32,000 nucleotides of DNA from Candidatus Nanoarchaeia archaeon (lineage in GTDB: Archaea > Nanobdellota > Nanobdellia > Woesearchaeales > JANQNC01): contig JANQNC010000001.1 of assembly GCA_028279745.1 (NCBI GenBank), positions 1 to 32,000 of the forward strand, in the 5' to 3' direction. Made by a program: the position numbers and the translations under genes. Numbering within the stretch: position 1 is the first letter of the stretch; every line of letters begins with the position of its first letter. Of the stretch, positions 1-7,414 are shown in pieces. The notes below the pieces were generated by a model, which searched no databases, was not told where the DNA came from, and saw only the letters and a list, made by a program, of their open reading frames with translations.

Positions 1-150
1 ATTGTTGAGTCGAGGAATGCTAAGCTTATCACGATGGGTGCTGGAGAGCAGGCTATCCTTGCATGCATCGTAAACCCAGGAGCAAAACTAGGACTTATAT
101 TGATGAACATGAACAAAGCCATAGACAGTATAGTTCAAGAGGTAAAATGA
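1..150 (+). CDS. C-terminal fragment of a Roadblock/LC7 (MglB-like) domain protein; 5' end lies outside the window
   Basis: Frame 1 is open from base 1 to TGA 148-150. It translates to IVESRNAKLITMGAGEQAILACIVNPGAKLGLILMNMNKAIDSIVQEVK. The hydrophobic strand followed by 'KLGLI..M.KA...I' resembles the C-terminal strand-helix of Roadblock/LC7 domains (recognised from memory, no HMM run). The stop overlaps the next ATG (ATGA at 147-150). Confidence 0.45.
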   Translation: MVESRNAKLITMGAGEQAILACIVNPGAKLGLILMNMNKAIDSIVQEVK

Positions 151-1262
151 ACATACTGAAAAAGTTGTTGTTGGTGATAATATTACTTACGGTAATTCCT
201 ATGTTCTTTTTAGGGCATTTTACATACAATGGTATCAACGAAATAAAATATTCTTCAGAGGCTAACATAATACAGATGAATGATCTTGCAGTTGAGGATA
301 GTATCACAGCATTAAATGAGATGGGCATAACCTGCATAAAAGAGCAGGCAGAACATGTAGCAAGCCGTATAGAATCTTATTTAATCGAAAACCCAGATAT
401 GAATTTGGATGACTTGCGTGAAGATGCACATTTCCAAGATATGGCTATACAATCTGTGGGCGAGACGGGCTATACTTTGGTCGGAGATTATGATAATCTT
501 GTAGTGTTATTCCATAAATACCCTGAATATGTAGATTATGACATACGTGACTTTCAAGAAGTTAATCCTTCATTGTGGGAAATTGCATCAAAGGTTGAAG
601 GAGGCAGAATTTCTCAGGGTTTTCATGAGCTAAAAGATCCTGATGGTTCAATCAGAGAAAAATATGCTTATATGTACCCTGTAGATGTAAGGACTGCAGA
701 TGATGTGGGATTATTTGTAGCATCGACAACATATCTGGATGAGTTTAATAAACCTGCAGAGATGACAGCAAGGAAACTAAACGAAAAATCAGAACAGACT
801 ATAGCGTACATAGAAAGTGCAAGAATAAATATCCAGAATACTATGTTGTCTGCAATGTTTCTTTTTACTATTATCTCGCTAACTGTGGCAATACTGCTGT
901 CCAATGCGATAAGCACACCAATAAAAAAATTAAAAGATTCTGCCAAGCAGGTAGGTAAAGGAAGACTTGATAAGCAGATCAAGGCAGACTCAAACGATGA
1001 GATAGGAGATCTAGCAAGATCTTTTGATAATATGAGAGTGGAACTAAAAGATAGAAGCGATCTTCTAAACTCGCTGCTAAAGACATTTAGAGGAAAATTT
1101 GGGAATCTTGCAACTATATTGGTGAGAAAAGATGTGCAAGAATTAATTAAGCAAAACCCGCGAATAAAGAAGATAGTTCCTAAATTAGCAAGTAACGCGA
1201 TTGTCGATACGGTGGGTGATGAAAAAAATGGGAAAAAAAGAAGCAAAAGAAAAAAAAGATGA
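147..1262 (+). CDS. Membrane sensor: TM, extracellular Cache-like domain, TM, HAMP domain and a ~70-aa basic tail; no recognisable output domain
   Basis: ORF track gives 63..1262. I prefer ATG 147 (MNILKKLLLVIILLTVIPMFFLG...) because it yields an N-terminal TM and an ATGA overlap with the upstream stop. Cache-like motifs: GETGYTLVGDYDNLVVLFHKYP, KDPDGSIREKYAYMYPV, GLFVASTTYLDEF. Second TM: MLSAMFLFTIISLTVAILLSNAI. HAMP-like segment: STPIKKLKDSAKQVGKGRLDKQIKADSNDEIGDLARSFDNMRVEL (~912-1065). I see no HisKA/HATPase, MCP or GGDEF motifs after HAMP. Confidence 0.8.
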   Translation: MNILKKLLLVIILLTVIPMFFLGHFTYNGINEIKYSSEANIIQMNDLAVEDSITALNEMGITCIKEQAEHVASRIESYLIENPDMNLDDLREDAHFQDMAIQSVGETGYTLVGDYDNLVVLFHKYPEYVDYDIRDFQEVNPSLWEIASKVEGGRISQGFHELKDPDGSIREKYAYMYPVDVRTADDVGLFVASTTYLDEFNKPAEMTARKLNEKSEQTIAYIESARINIQNTMLSAMFLFTIISLTVAILLSNAISTPIKKLKDSAKQVGKGRLDKQIKADSNDEIGDLARSFDNMRVELKDRSDLLNSLLKTFRGKFGNLATILVRKDVQELIKQNPRIKKIVPKLASNAIVDTVGDEKNGKKRSKRKKR

Positions 1263-1491
1263 AAAATTGGGGGGCGAAAGACAGGTCTCAGTCAGACGTC
1301 CTAAAGAGAGTGGGCAGACTTTCGTCAGTGCTGAAAAGAAAGTAAAAAGTTTCTTTTCCAGCCAGACTCGTGATCCCCCTAAATCGATAAGGGAAGCTGC
1401 AGGAGACAGATATATGTGTGTAATGAATCCTCAGATTAAAATGATCGAAAATGTTGAAAAGTTCTCTGAGCTTTGGAAGTGTAAAAAATGA
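1219..1491 (+). CDS. Small basic hypothetical protein (~87-90 aa)
   Basis: ORF track gives 1201..1491 with a TTG start. In-frame ATGs lie at 1219 and 1228, and GGTGGGTGA (1211-1219) could act as SD for ATG 1228. The stop forms an ATGA overlap with the next gene (1488-1491), which argues the frame is translated. It overlaps the 3' end of the HAMP gene across poly-A runs. No recognisable domain. Confidence 0.35.
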   Translation: MKKMGKKEAKEKKDEKLGGERQVSVRRPKESGQTFVSAEKKVKSFFSSQTRDPPKSIREAAGDRYMCVMNPQIKMIENVEKFSELWKCKK

Positions 1492-2120
1492 AGATAAGTT
1501 TACCAGGAAAGTCTGCATCTATAATAGTATCTGCCCCTCTTGCAGGGAAGAAAGATTTTATATACAAGCATCTTAGAGAAAGGCTTGAAGAGGGAGAGCC
1601 AGTAATATTTTTGCTGACGGATTCTTCTCCAGAAGATATAAAAAATGAACTTGTGAAGGATAAGTTCTTTTTTGGAAAGTACGTTGAACTATTTAGGTTT
1701 ATAGACTGCTACTCGCAACAGGCAGGAAATCTCATGCAAGACAAACCAGATACGAGAAGAGTTGCAGGTCCTTTGGCCTTGAATGAGATAAGCATAGCAT
1801 TAGCACAACTTGAGGCAGAACTGCATAAAAAAAATGAAAAACACACAGTTATATTTGATTCATTATCTACCTTGTTGATGTATTCAAATCCCCAGATGGT
1901 AGGAAGATTTCTCCAGTGCTTGATAGCAAAAATAAGGGGGGCGGGAGGCTCGGTCATATTTACGCTGGAAGAGGGAATGCATGACCCAAAAGACATGGTG
2001 ACTATAGAACACCTTATGAATGTCATAATAAACGTAAAGAAAGAAGAAGGCAGAGTGATGATCAAGGCAAGCGGATTGGAAGGGTCAAACGACTGGTGCG
2101 AGTTGGATGCAGAGAAGTGA
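1488..2120 (+). CDS. KaiC/RecA-superfamily ATPase-like protein with degenerate Walker A
   Basis: 210-aa ORF. The P-loop position reads SAPLAGKKDF rather than GxxxxGK[ST]. Walker-B-like HTVIFDSLSTLL follows. Overall layout (strand-loop-helix, 'VIFLLTD', 'GGSVIFTLEEG') resembles archaeal single-domain KaiC/RAD55-like proteins. Recognised by eye only. Confidence 0.75.
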   Translation: MKISLPGKSASIIVSAPLAGKKDFIYKHLRERLEEGEPVIFLLTDSSPEDIKNELVKDKFFFGKYVELFRFIDCYSQQAGNLMQDKPDTRRVAGPLALNEISIALAQLEAELHKKNEKHTVIFDSLSTLLMYSNPQMVGRFLQCLIAKIRGAGGSVIFTLEEGMHDPKDMVTIEHLMNVIINVKKEEGRVMIKASGLEGSNDWCELDAEK

Positions 2121-2121
2121 A

Positions 2122-5100
2122 TCAGGTTATTATCCTGATTATGTCTGGGTTTTCAGTGTCTATAAACGTTATGGGTCTAGGCTCATCGTCGTGATCAACT
2201 ACTTTGCCGCTCTTATCGATCTCTTTCTGGTTGAATATCCATTCGATGGTTGCAAGAGGACCTCCAATCTCAACAATAAAGTAACCTGTCTGTGAATCTG
2301 AATTGTTGATATTATCATATACATAAACAGTGTAGGAGATGTTTCCTATATCTGTTGTGGTATAACTGTAGAGGTATATGTCTCCAGCTGAAAGGAAGAG
2401 ATCATAAAGAGTGTCGCTAATGTTAACTTTAACACTGTTTACTTCGATATTATCGGTGACATTTGCAGTAATGTTGATTATCTTGCCTACCACAAGAGGA
2501 TCTGGGGAGGCATCGATCCAGTTGACCGTGGGATCTGTGAAGTCTACGTTGAGGAGCCTTGAGTCGACACCGGTATTGTTTTCATAGTCGGTACACTCAA
2601 CCTTCCATAATAAGTCAACACCTTCAGTTATGTTGGTCACATTAAACATGATCTCAGTACCATCAGTTGGCGCAGCAGTATCGGAAGCTTTTAACACATC
2701 ATCAATATAGAGCTCGCAGCTTATGTTTTCATAAGCCTCGTCATAAACCTCAAACACAAAACTTACATTGCCGTCGTCATCCCAGTAATGATTGGCAGGA
2801 CTCACAAGCTTAACAGAAGGCCTTGTCAAAGTGAAAAATACGATGTTGGATGTAGCATTATTATAGCCTTCATCAGTTGCATTAACAACAAACTTGTAAG
2901 TTGTAAGATTGCCGATCAAATCAAGATGAGATGTAAGAGTGATTTCAGTTTCAATACTGCTGTTTAATGAACCCTCATTCCCTACAGAATGAAGGGTGTC
3001 ATTCACAAAATAAACATAGACGGTATAGTTTAATGTGCTGTAATCTCTAGAATTCCCAAACAGCTTAAGCTTGGGATGAACTGCAGAACCAAAAGTGCCG
3101 TTAAGAGGGGAATTGATGCTAACTGTCAAAGGTAATGCTGTGTCAATAGTGAAACTGATTGAATCCTGTCCAATCTCGCCCTCAGAATTATTTGCATAGA
3201 CAGTTAAATTGTTTAAGCCTTCGACACCTGTGATGTTTGGTTCTGAACTGCAATTAAAGGTAATATTTGAAGCACCATTAAACTCATACCAGCAACTCTC
3301 AGAAACTTCACTTGCATTAACCCTGATGAAGTGGCTTTCGTTATTATACGTAAAACTCTCAAGAGGATTTGTGATAACTACAACAGGAACGGGGATACCA
3401 ATAGTTAAATTGATAGCAGGATCGTAATAAGAAGAATAATTATCTGAGCCGTCAAGATCAATTGCGTTACACTTAATATCTACATCTGCCTGGTCAGGCA
3501 AAGCTGAAATGTTCCATGAGAAAGTAGACCCATTGGTGTGATTTCCTATAACTTTCCACTTTCTGCCATTTATATCAACCCATATAGAAGTATAGTTTAT
3601 CTCATCAATAGTTGAAGCATCAAAATAATCCATCAAACGCCCTCTTACCCTTAAGTCTTGGTTTGAAGATGATTGCCATGCACTAATGACTGAAGGGTTG
3701 GTGGTCGTAAGAGTAAAATTATGGTCAGTGTTGTCTAATGCTGTTCCTGTGTAAGTAGAAGGAAGATCAAAAGAGCCAATACTTGTCCAACCAACACCAT
3801 CATATATCTCTAGTTCAAGATCAGGATCCGAAGTTGTCTGTTGTACGGATGCTTCAGGATTGAAAGAATCAACCTCGACAGTAACTGAGATGTTAGTGAC
3901 GTGGTCAAAATTTCCATCAAGATCATTATAAGTTGTCCAAGAAGAGTCTTGGTCAGATGAAGTTGCGGTGGCAGGTGAGAATGCAGCTGCAACAAGCGCT
4001 TGCCGGTTGTTGTTTGAGTGGGACCAAGAGACAGAAAAAGAACCAGCAGTCGTGTCAATGTCATCGCCTCCTGATCCTGTAGAAGAAGTTGCAGCGCCAT
4101 CAATCTCATATCTCTCTGTGCCTGCACTGTAGGTATAATCGCCAGAATTACCATCTCCAACAGCACTCATGACCCAGCTGTTGTCTTCTGTTGTGGTAAG
4201 TGAACATGATATCGGCTGGCCGGCATTTGAGGTGCAGCTATCAACAAGGCCATCAGCCTGGTCAACATTAGCGTAAGAACTTACACCGACCAAAACATTT
4301 CTTGTGGGTGTTGCAGAAACATCAACTGCAACAGTGTAGGATCCTGAGGGGGGCAAGTCCTCTTCTAGTAAGTAGTATAATGCAGTGTATTGAGAGTAAC
4401 CTGCACCTGCTCGCGCCCAATCTGCTTGTGTTAGGGTCTGACCGTTGTAGGTTACACTGTTAACAACTTTATCGGCTAAAGAATCCTCAAAAGTGATTCC
4501 CACAACTAACAATCTATTATTTCCACCTCCTATCGTGTGAGAAAAACTTCTATCACCACTTCCTTGATCTGTTGTAGTTGCATCATGAGATATTGAACCG
4601 CCAGATCCTGTTACGGAATTACTGACATCTGTTGCATCAGTTTCTGTTGTAGAGTTAAGCAAAGAAGCGTTGATCACATAAGTGATAGTGTCTCCATCAG
4701 GGTCTGTACTTCCAGAACAGTTTAGCTCAACATCATTGAAGAAAGTATCATTACAGTTTCCATCATTGCAGGTTATAGATGTGGGTGTTGTAGGCTGAGT
4801 GTTTTCAACATATGAAACAGTCAAAGGAGCATAGTCTATTGCAAGGAATGCATCTCCGCTTCCATCTTGAGTGAAATCAACTTCATATCTGACTCTTATC
4901 CAGTTTGTTGAGTTAACATAGTTAGCTAAAGTTCCCGTTGCGTTATAACTTTCATGATACATAGCTTCATTTGAGTAAACAGGGATGTTTCCTATGTCGA
5001 CCCAGGAAGTTGTCACCCAGTCATAAACCTCGACATTCTGGTCTCCGTCAACAATCTTTTCGTGAGGGTCATCATTGTCACATAAGTCTTGAGATGCATC

Positions 5101-5940
5101 AGACTCTCCTGAGTGACAGTAATCAATCTCAAACTCAAGATTAGTTATATCAGAAGGATCTATGCTTAAAGAGCTTATATCATAATAGAGAGTGATGTAG
5201 GATAGAGCATTACCTGACCCAGAACCTTCTCCTGCAATAAAGTAATAGTTTGATCCAGGAGTTCCTGTTTGAGGACCATTATAAGTTTGTGTTTGGACAT
5301 AACTGCCTCCTTCTTCATCGTTGCCTTCAACGTCATTGATGTAACCTGCATCAGGAGTGCCTGCGGAGGGGGAGCCTTGAGCAAAACCGGGGTCGTCTGG
5401 AGTCAATATGAAAGTAAATTCTTCACCAGGTGTTAAAGGTTTTAAGAAGATCCAGTCACCAAAACAAGTCTGAGAAGAATAGTTCCAATCTTTACACTTG
5501 TATAATGTTGTGCCTTTGGCAGTAACTGTAACATTTGCGGATTCAAATTCTAATGATGTGGGATCAATTGCAAAAACATCGATGAAAGCGCCTTCAACAT
5601 TTTCTTTAGGGACATCTGAAATTCTTAACTTGATCTCAGAACTATTAACTTCTAATTTGTTAAATTCAATCTTCTCAACAGGTAAATCGTCTAATTCTAG
5701 TTCTATGTCATAAGTTCCTGGTTCAACATTTCCAATCTCGATCTTTTCAATGCTTCGTATCTTAAACTCTTCGCCTGCTGGCTCCAGATCCTCATAACTA
5801 GCAGAGCCAGCACTACTTCCCTCACTAAAGTCGTCCAGTAAAGAAGTGTCAATGTTGTCAAAGTTGATCTCTTCACTTTCAGAACAACCTACAAGAAGGA
5901 AGCACACTATTATAGCTAGTAAAAAGAAAGCATCTCTCAT
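2122..5940 (-). CDS. Large secreted/lipid-anchored surface protein (~1272 aa), sequon-rich, with repeated Ig-like beta-sandwich modules
   Basis: ORF track gives 2122..5970. I prefer ATG 5940 (MRDAFFLLAIIVCFLLVGC/SESEE), which gives a signal peptide with lipobox-like LVGC and an ATGA overlap with the upstream wHTH stop. Many N-x-S/T sequons and a DPDGD motif (GSTDPDGDTITY). The C-terminal half has recurring modules such as VSPANHYWDDDGNVSFVFEVYDEAYENISCELYIDDV...FNVTNITEGVDLLWKVECTDYENNTGVDS. No C-terminal TM. Confidence 0.85.
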   Translation of the reverse strand: MRDAFFLLAIIVCFLLVGCSESEEINFDNIDTSLLDDFSEGSSAGSASYEDLEPAGEEFKIRSIEKIEIGNVEPGTYDIELELDDLPVEKIEFNKLEVNSSEIKLRISDVPKENVEGAFIDVFAIDPTSLEFESANVTVTAKGTTLYKCKDWNYSSQTCFGDWIFLKPLTPGEEFTFILTPDDPGFAQGSPSAGTPDAGYINDVEGNDEEGGSYVQTQTYNGPQTGTPGSNYYFIAGEGSGSGNALSYITLYYDISSLSIDPSDITNLEFEIDYCHSGESDASQDLCDNDDPHEKIVDGDQNVEVYDWVTTSWVDIGNIPVYSNEAMYHESYNATGTLANYVNSTNWIRVRYEVDFTQDGSGDAFLAIDYAPLTVSYVENTQPTTPTSITCNDGNCNDTFFNDVELNCSGSTDPDGDTITYVINASLLNSTTETDATDVSNSVTGSGGSISHDATTTDQGSGDRSFSHTIGGGNNRLLVVGITFEDSLADKVVNSVTYNGQTLTQADWARAGAGYSQYTALYYLLEEDLPPSGSYTVAVDVSATPTRNVLVGVSSYANVDQADGLVDSCTSNAGQPISCSLTTTEDNSWVMSAVGDGNSGDYTYSAGTERYEIDGAATSSTGSGGDDIDTTAGSFSVSWSHSNNNRQALVAAAFSPATATSSDQDSSWTTYNDLDGNFDHVTNISVTVEVDSFNPEASVQQTTSDPDLELEIYDGVGWTSIGSFDLPSTYTGTALDNTDHNFTLTTTNPSVISAWQSSSNQDLRVRGRLMDYFDASTIDEINYTSIWVDINGRKWKVIGNHTNGSTFSWNISALPDQADVDIKCNAIDLDGSDNYSSYYDPAINLTIGIPVPVVVITNPLESFTYNNESHFIRVNASEVSESCWYEFNGASNITFNCSSEPNITGVEGLNNLTVYANNSEGEIGQDSISFTIDTALPLTVSINSPLNGTFGSAVHPKLKLFGNSRDYSTLNYTVYVYFVNDTLHSVGNEGSLNSSIETEITLTSHLDLIGNLTTYKFVVNATDEGYNNATSNIVFFTLTRPSVKLVSPANHYWDDDGNVSFVFEVYDEAYENISCELYIDDVLKASDTAAPTDGTEIMFNVTNITEGVDLLWKVECTDYENNTGVDSRLLNVDFTDPTVNWIDASPDPLVVGKIINITANVTDNIEVNSVKVNISDTLYDLFLSAGDIYLYSYTTTDIGNISYTVYVYDNINNSDSQTGYFIVEIGGPLATIEWIFNQKEIDKSGKVVDHDDEPRPITFIDTENPDIIRIIT

Positions 5941-6161
5941 CTGAAAACACCTGCTCTCCACCATATCCATGCGCCCTTGCCTGAACCAACAGGTTTACCT
6001 TTTATTAAACCTTCGCCTCTTAGGTTGTTCAATCTGTAAAGAACTTTAACTCTGGAAACATTTTTCAGTTTAGTTTCAACCTCTTTAGTCTCAAGAGGTT
6101 CTTCTGCACCAGTAAGGATGTCAATGATCTTTCTGCTAACAGCGTCGTTTATGTACATCAT
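5937..6161 (-). CDS. Small winged-helix-turn-helix DNA-binding protein (74 aa)
   Basis: MMYINDAVSRKIIDILTGAEEPLETKEVETKLKNVSRVKVLYRLNNLRGEGLIKGKPVGSGKGAWIWW fits the helix / recognition helix / beta-wing pattern of MarR/ArsR-like wHTH proteins. A TATA box ends 20 nt upstream of the ATG. The stop is coupled to the downstream giant gene. Confidence 0.7.
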   Translation of the reverse strand: MMYINDAVSRKIIDILTGAEEPLETKEVETKLKNVSRVKVLYRLNNLRGEGLIKGKPVGSGKGAWIWWRAGVFR

Positions 6162-6181
6162 ATAGAAATAATCTGTTCTAG

Positions 6182-6189
6182 TTTATAAA
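6182..6189 (-). promoter_or_regulatory. TATA box for the wHTH / giant surface protein operon (apparently leaderless)
   Basis: TTTATAAA, with 20 nt between the box and ATG 6161. That spacing places the expected start site at or near the start codon. Confidence 0.6.
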
Positions 6190-6277
6190 TATATCGATAA
6201 ATGTACCTATATTGTTATCTATAACGTTATCGGTAAATAAATGTGTCTATTTTGCTTGAATTTTACCAGTATTGAGT

Positions 6278-6297
6278 GGTGTTACCAAAATAACACC
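6278..6297. promoter_or_regulatory. Perfect inverted repeat GGTGTTA-N6-TAACACC immediately upstream of the 6304 TATA box; candidate operator
   Basis: The 7-bp arms are exact reverse complements. The repeat sits in the divergent intergenic region next to a wHTH gene. Confidence 0.4.
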
Positions 6298-6303
6298 GAA
6301 AGC

Positions 6304-6311
6304 TTTATAAA
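6304..6311 (+). promoter_or_regulatory. TATA box (within the perfect 12-nt palindrome GCTTTATAAAGC) with purine-rich BRE-like CGAAA upstream
   Basis: CCGAAAGCTTTATAAAGC at 6296-6313, 62 nt upstream of ATG 6374. Confidence 0.55.
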
Positions 6312-6373
6312 GCTCTTTTGTTAATAAGGTTAACATTGGATTGTGGGGACTCCAATAGTAACTTGGTGTATTG

Positions 6374-6634
6374 ATGACTGACGGAGAGAATAATAAGTTG
6401 AAAGAGAAGATTTTATTTACTTTTTCTACTCAAGAGTTCCTTAAGAAAGACAAAATCAGATTCTATTACGCACTAAAAGGAAGGGATGGAAAGTCAGGAT
6501 TAGTGTCAGCTACAAAATCAGAACATCTAGGAAGCGCTGTGATCCTGGTGGATGCAAAACACGACCAAGAGTGGCAGGACTTCTTTAATTTATGGAAAAT
6601 AAAATTCACAAGAAGGAAGGTGTACGAAGAATGA
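6374..6634 (+). CDS. Small cytoplasmic hypothetical protein (86 aa), first gene of the plus-strand surface-protein operon
   Basis: ORF track gives 6371..6634 (TTG); ATG at 6374. No signal peptide. The alternating strand/helix pattern (ILFTFS / QEFLKKDKIRFYYALKG / AVILVD / QEWQDFFNLW / KIKFTRRKVY) suggests a small alpha/beta fold. The family was not recognised. Confidence 0.6.
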   Translation: MTDGENNKLKEKILFTFSTQEFLKKDKIRFYYALKGRDGKSGLVSATKSEHLGSAVILVDAKHDQEWQDFFNLWKIKFTRRKVYEE

Positions 6635-6679
6635 AACTGCAAAAATTCGAGAAAACGATCAAACTGATGGAAGTTTACT

Positions 6680-7414
6680 ATGAAGAAGATGAGGAGGAAT
6701 ATGAAAATACTGCATCATAAAATGGAACAAAAATTCAAATTCAAAATTGGAAAATTAGGCTCACTCTTCCAAAAGGAAGACCAGGTGCCCCCTGAGATTA
6801 ATTCTCAAAACGCCACCCCCAATCCAGTGGTAGAGGGGGGCACCATCCCTATCAAAAGGAGGACAAGAATGAAAAGAAATACTGCGAACCATAAAAGAGG
6901 TGGTAGATGGATAATAGCAGTAGTGATGACTTTGTTGGTGATGAATGTAGCAATGGCTTTGGAAGTCAAAACTTTTGATGAAAATTTGTTCGAGATAGAT
7001 GCATTCGAAACAGGAGATATGGTTGTGATACTGGTAGATGCGGAAACTCAACCGCTGATCACAATATCGGAATCAGAAGTAGTCGACAAAGAGATGGAGC
7101 TCATAGATGAAGGAAAGTACAGAGGAATGATACAAGTTAGTGAAGAAGGAGAATACGAAATCAAAGTTACAGAAGGAGATAATGTTGATACAACAGAGAT
7201 AGTTGTTGTGAACGACTTAGGGTTTGAATGGGAGGAAGTAGAAGCACAACTTGAAGAAGAAAAAGAAGAAAGAAAACAAATCATAGAGGAAGCAAAAAAA
7301 CAGGCAATCGAAAGATTGAGTGAAGAACAAGAAAAATCATTTTGGCAAAAGATAAGCAACTTCCTGAAAGAGATGTGGGAATGGATGTTCAAAGGAGAAA
7401 AGAATGAAGAGTAA
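6680..7414 (+). CDS. Signal-anchored or secreted small protein: beta-rich N-domain plus acidic coiled-coil C-terminus
   Basis: This is the maximal ORF. Alternative starts are ATG 6722 (directly after a micro-ORF stop) and ATG 6869 (AGGAGG at 6857-6862, 6-nt spacer), which gives MKRNTANHKRGGRWIIAVVMTLLVMNVAMA/LEVK. The hydrophobic segment ends in AxA. The C-terminus is EEVEAQLEEEKEERKQIIEEAKKQAIERLSEEQEKSFWQKISNFLKEMWEWMF. It overlaps the next gene by 11 nt. Confidence 0.7.
   Translation: MKKMRRNMKILHHKMEQKFKFKIGKLGSLFQKEDQVPPEINSQNATPNPVVEGGTIPIKRRTRMKRNTANHKRGGRWIIAVVMTLLVMNVAMALEVKTFDENLFEIDAFETGDMVVILVDAETQPLITISESEVVDKEMELIDEGKYRGMIQVSEEGEYEIKVTEGDNVDTTEIVVVNDLGFEWEEVEAQLEEEKEERKQIIEEAKKQAIERLSEEQEKSFWQKISNFLKEMWEWMFKGEKNEE

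Noticed and set aside
63-146. N-terminal extension of the HAMP sensor ORF (MHRKPRSK...)
   Set aside because: The extension overlaps the 3' end of the upstream Roadblock-like gene in another frame. ATG 147 gives a canonical N-terminal TM and an ATGA junction.
668-1246. 192-aa minus-strand ORF antisense to the Cache-HAMP gene
   Set aside because: The plus-strand frame has clear Cache/TM/HAMP motifs. The antisense product is S/F/L-rich with no recognisable features or promoter.
2107-2295. 62-aa plus-strand ORF after the KaiC-like gene
   Set aside because: It lies entirely within the 3' end of the well-supported minus-strand giant ORF and has no SD or promoter.
5941-5970. Ten-codon extension (MDMVESRCFQ) of the large minus-strand surface protein
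   Set aside because: It would overlap the wHTH gene by 34 nt and bury the signal peptide. ATG 5940 gives a proper n-region/h-region/lipobox and an ATGA junction.
6374-6634. Cas2/VapD-like assignment for the 86-aa protein, based on an apparent beta-alpha-beta-beta-alpha-beta pattern
   Set aside because: This was only a secondary-structure impression. The protein has no conserved Cas2 N-terminal Asp motif and there is no CRISPR array or other cas gene nearby, so I left it as hypothetical.
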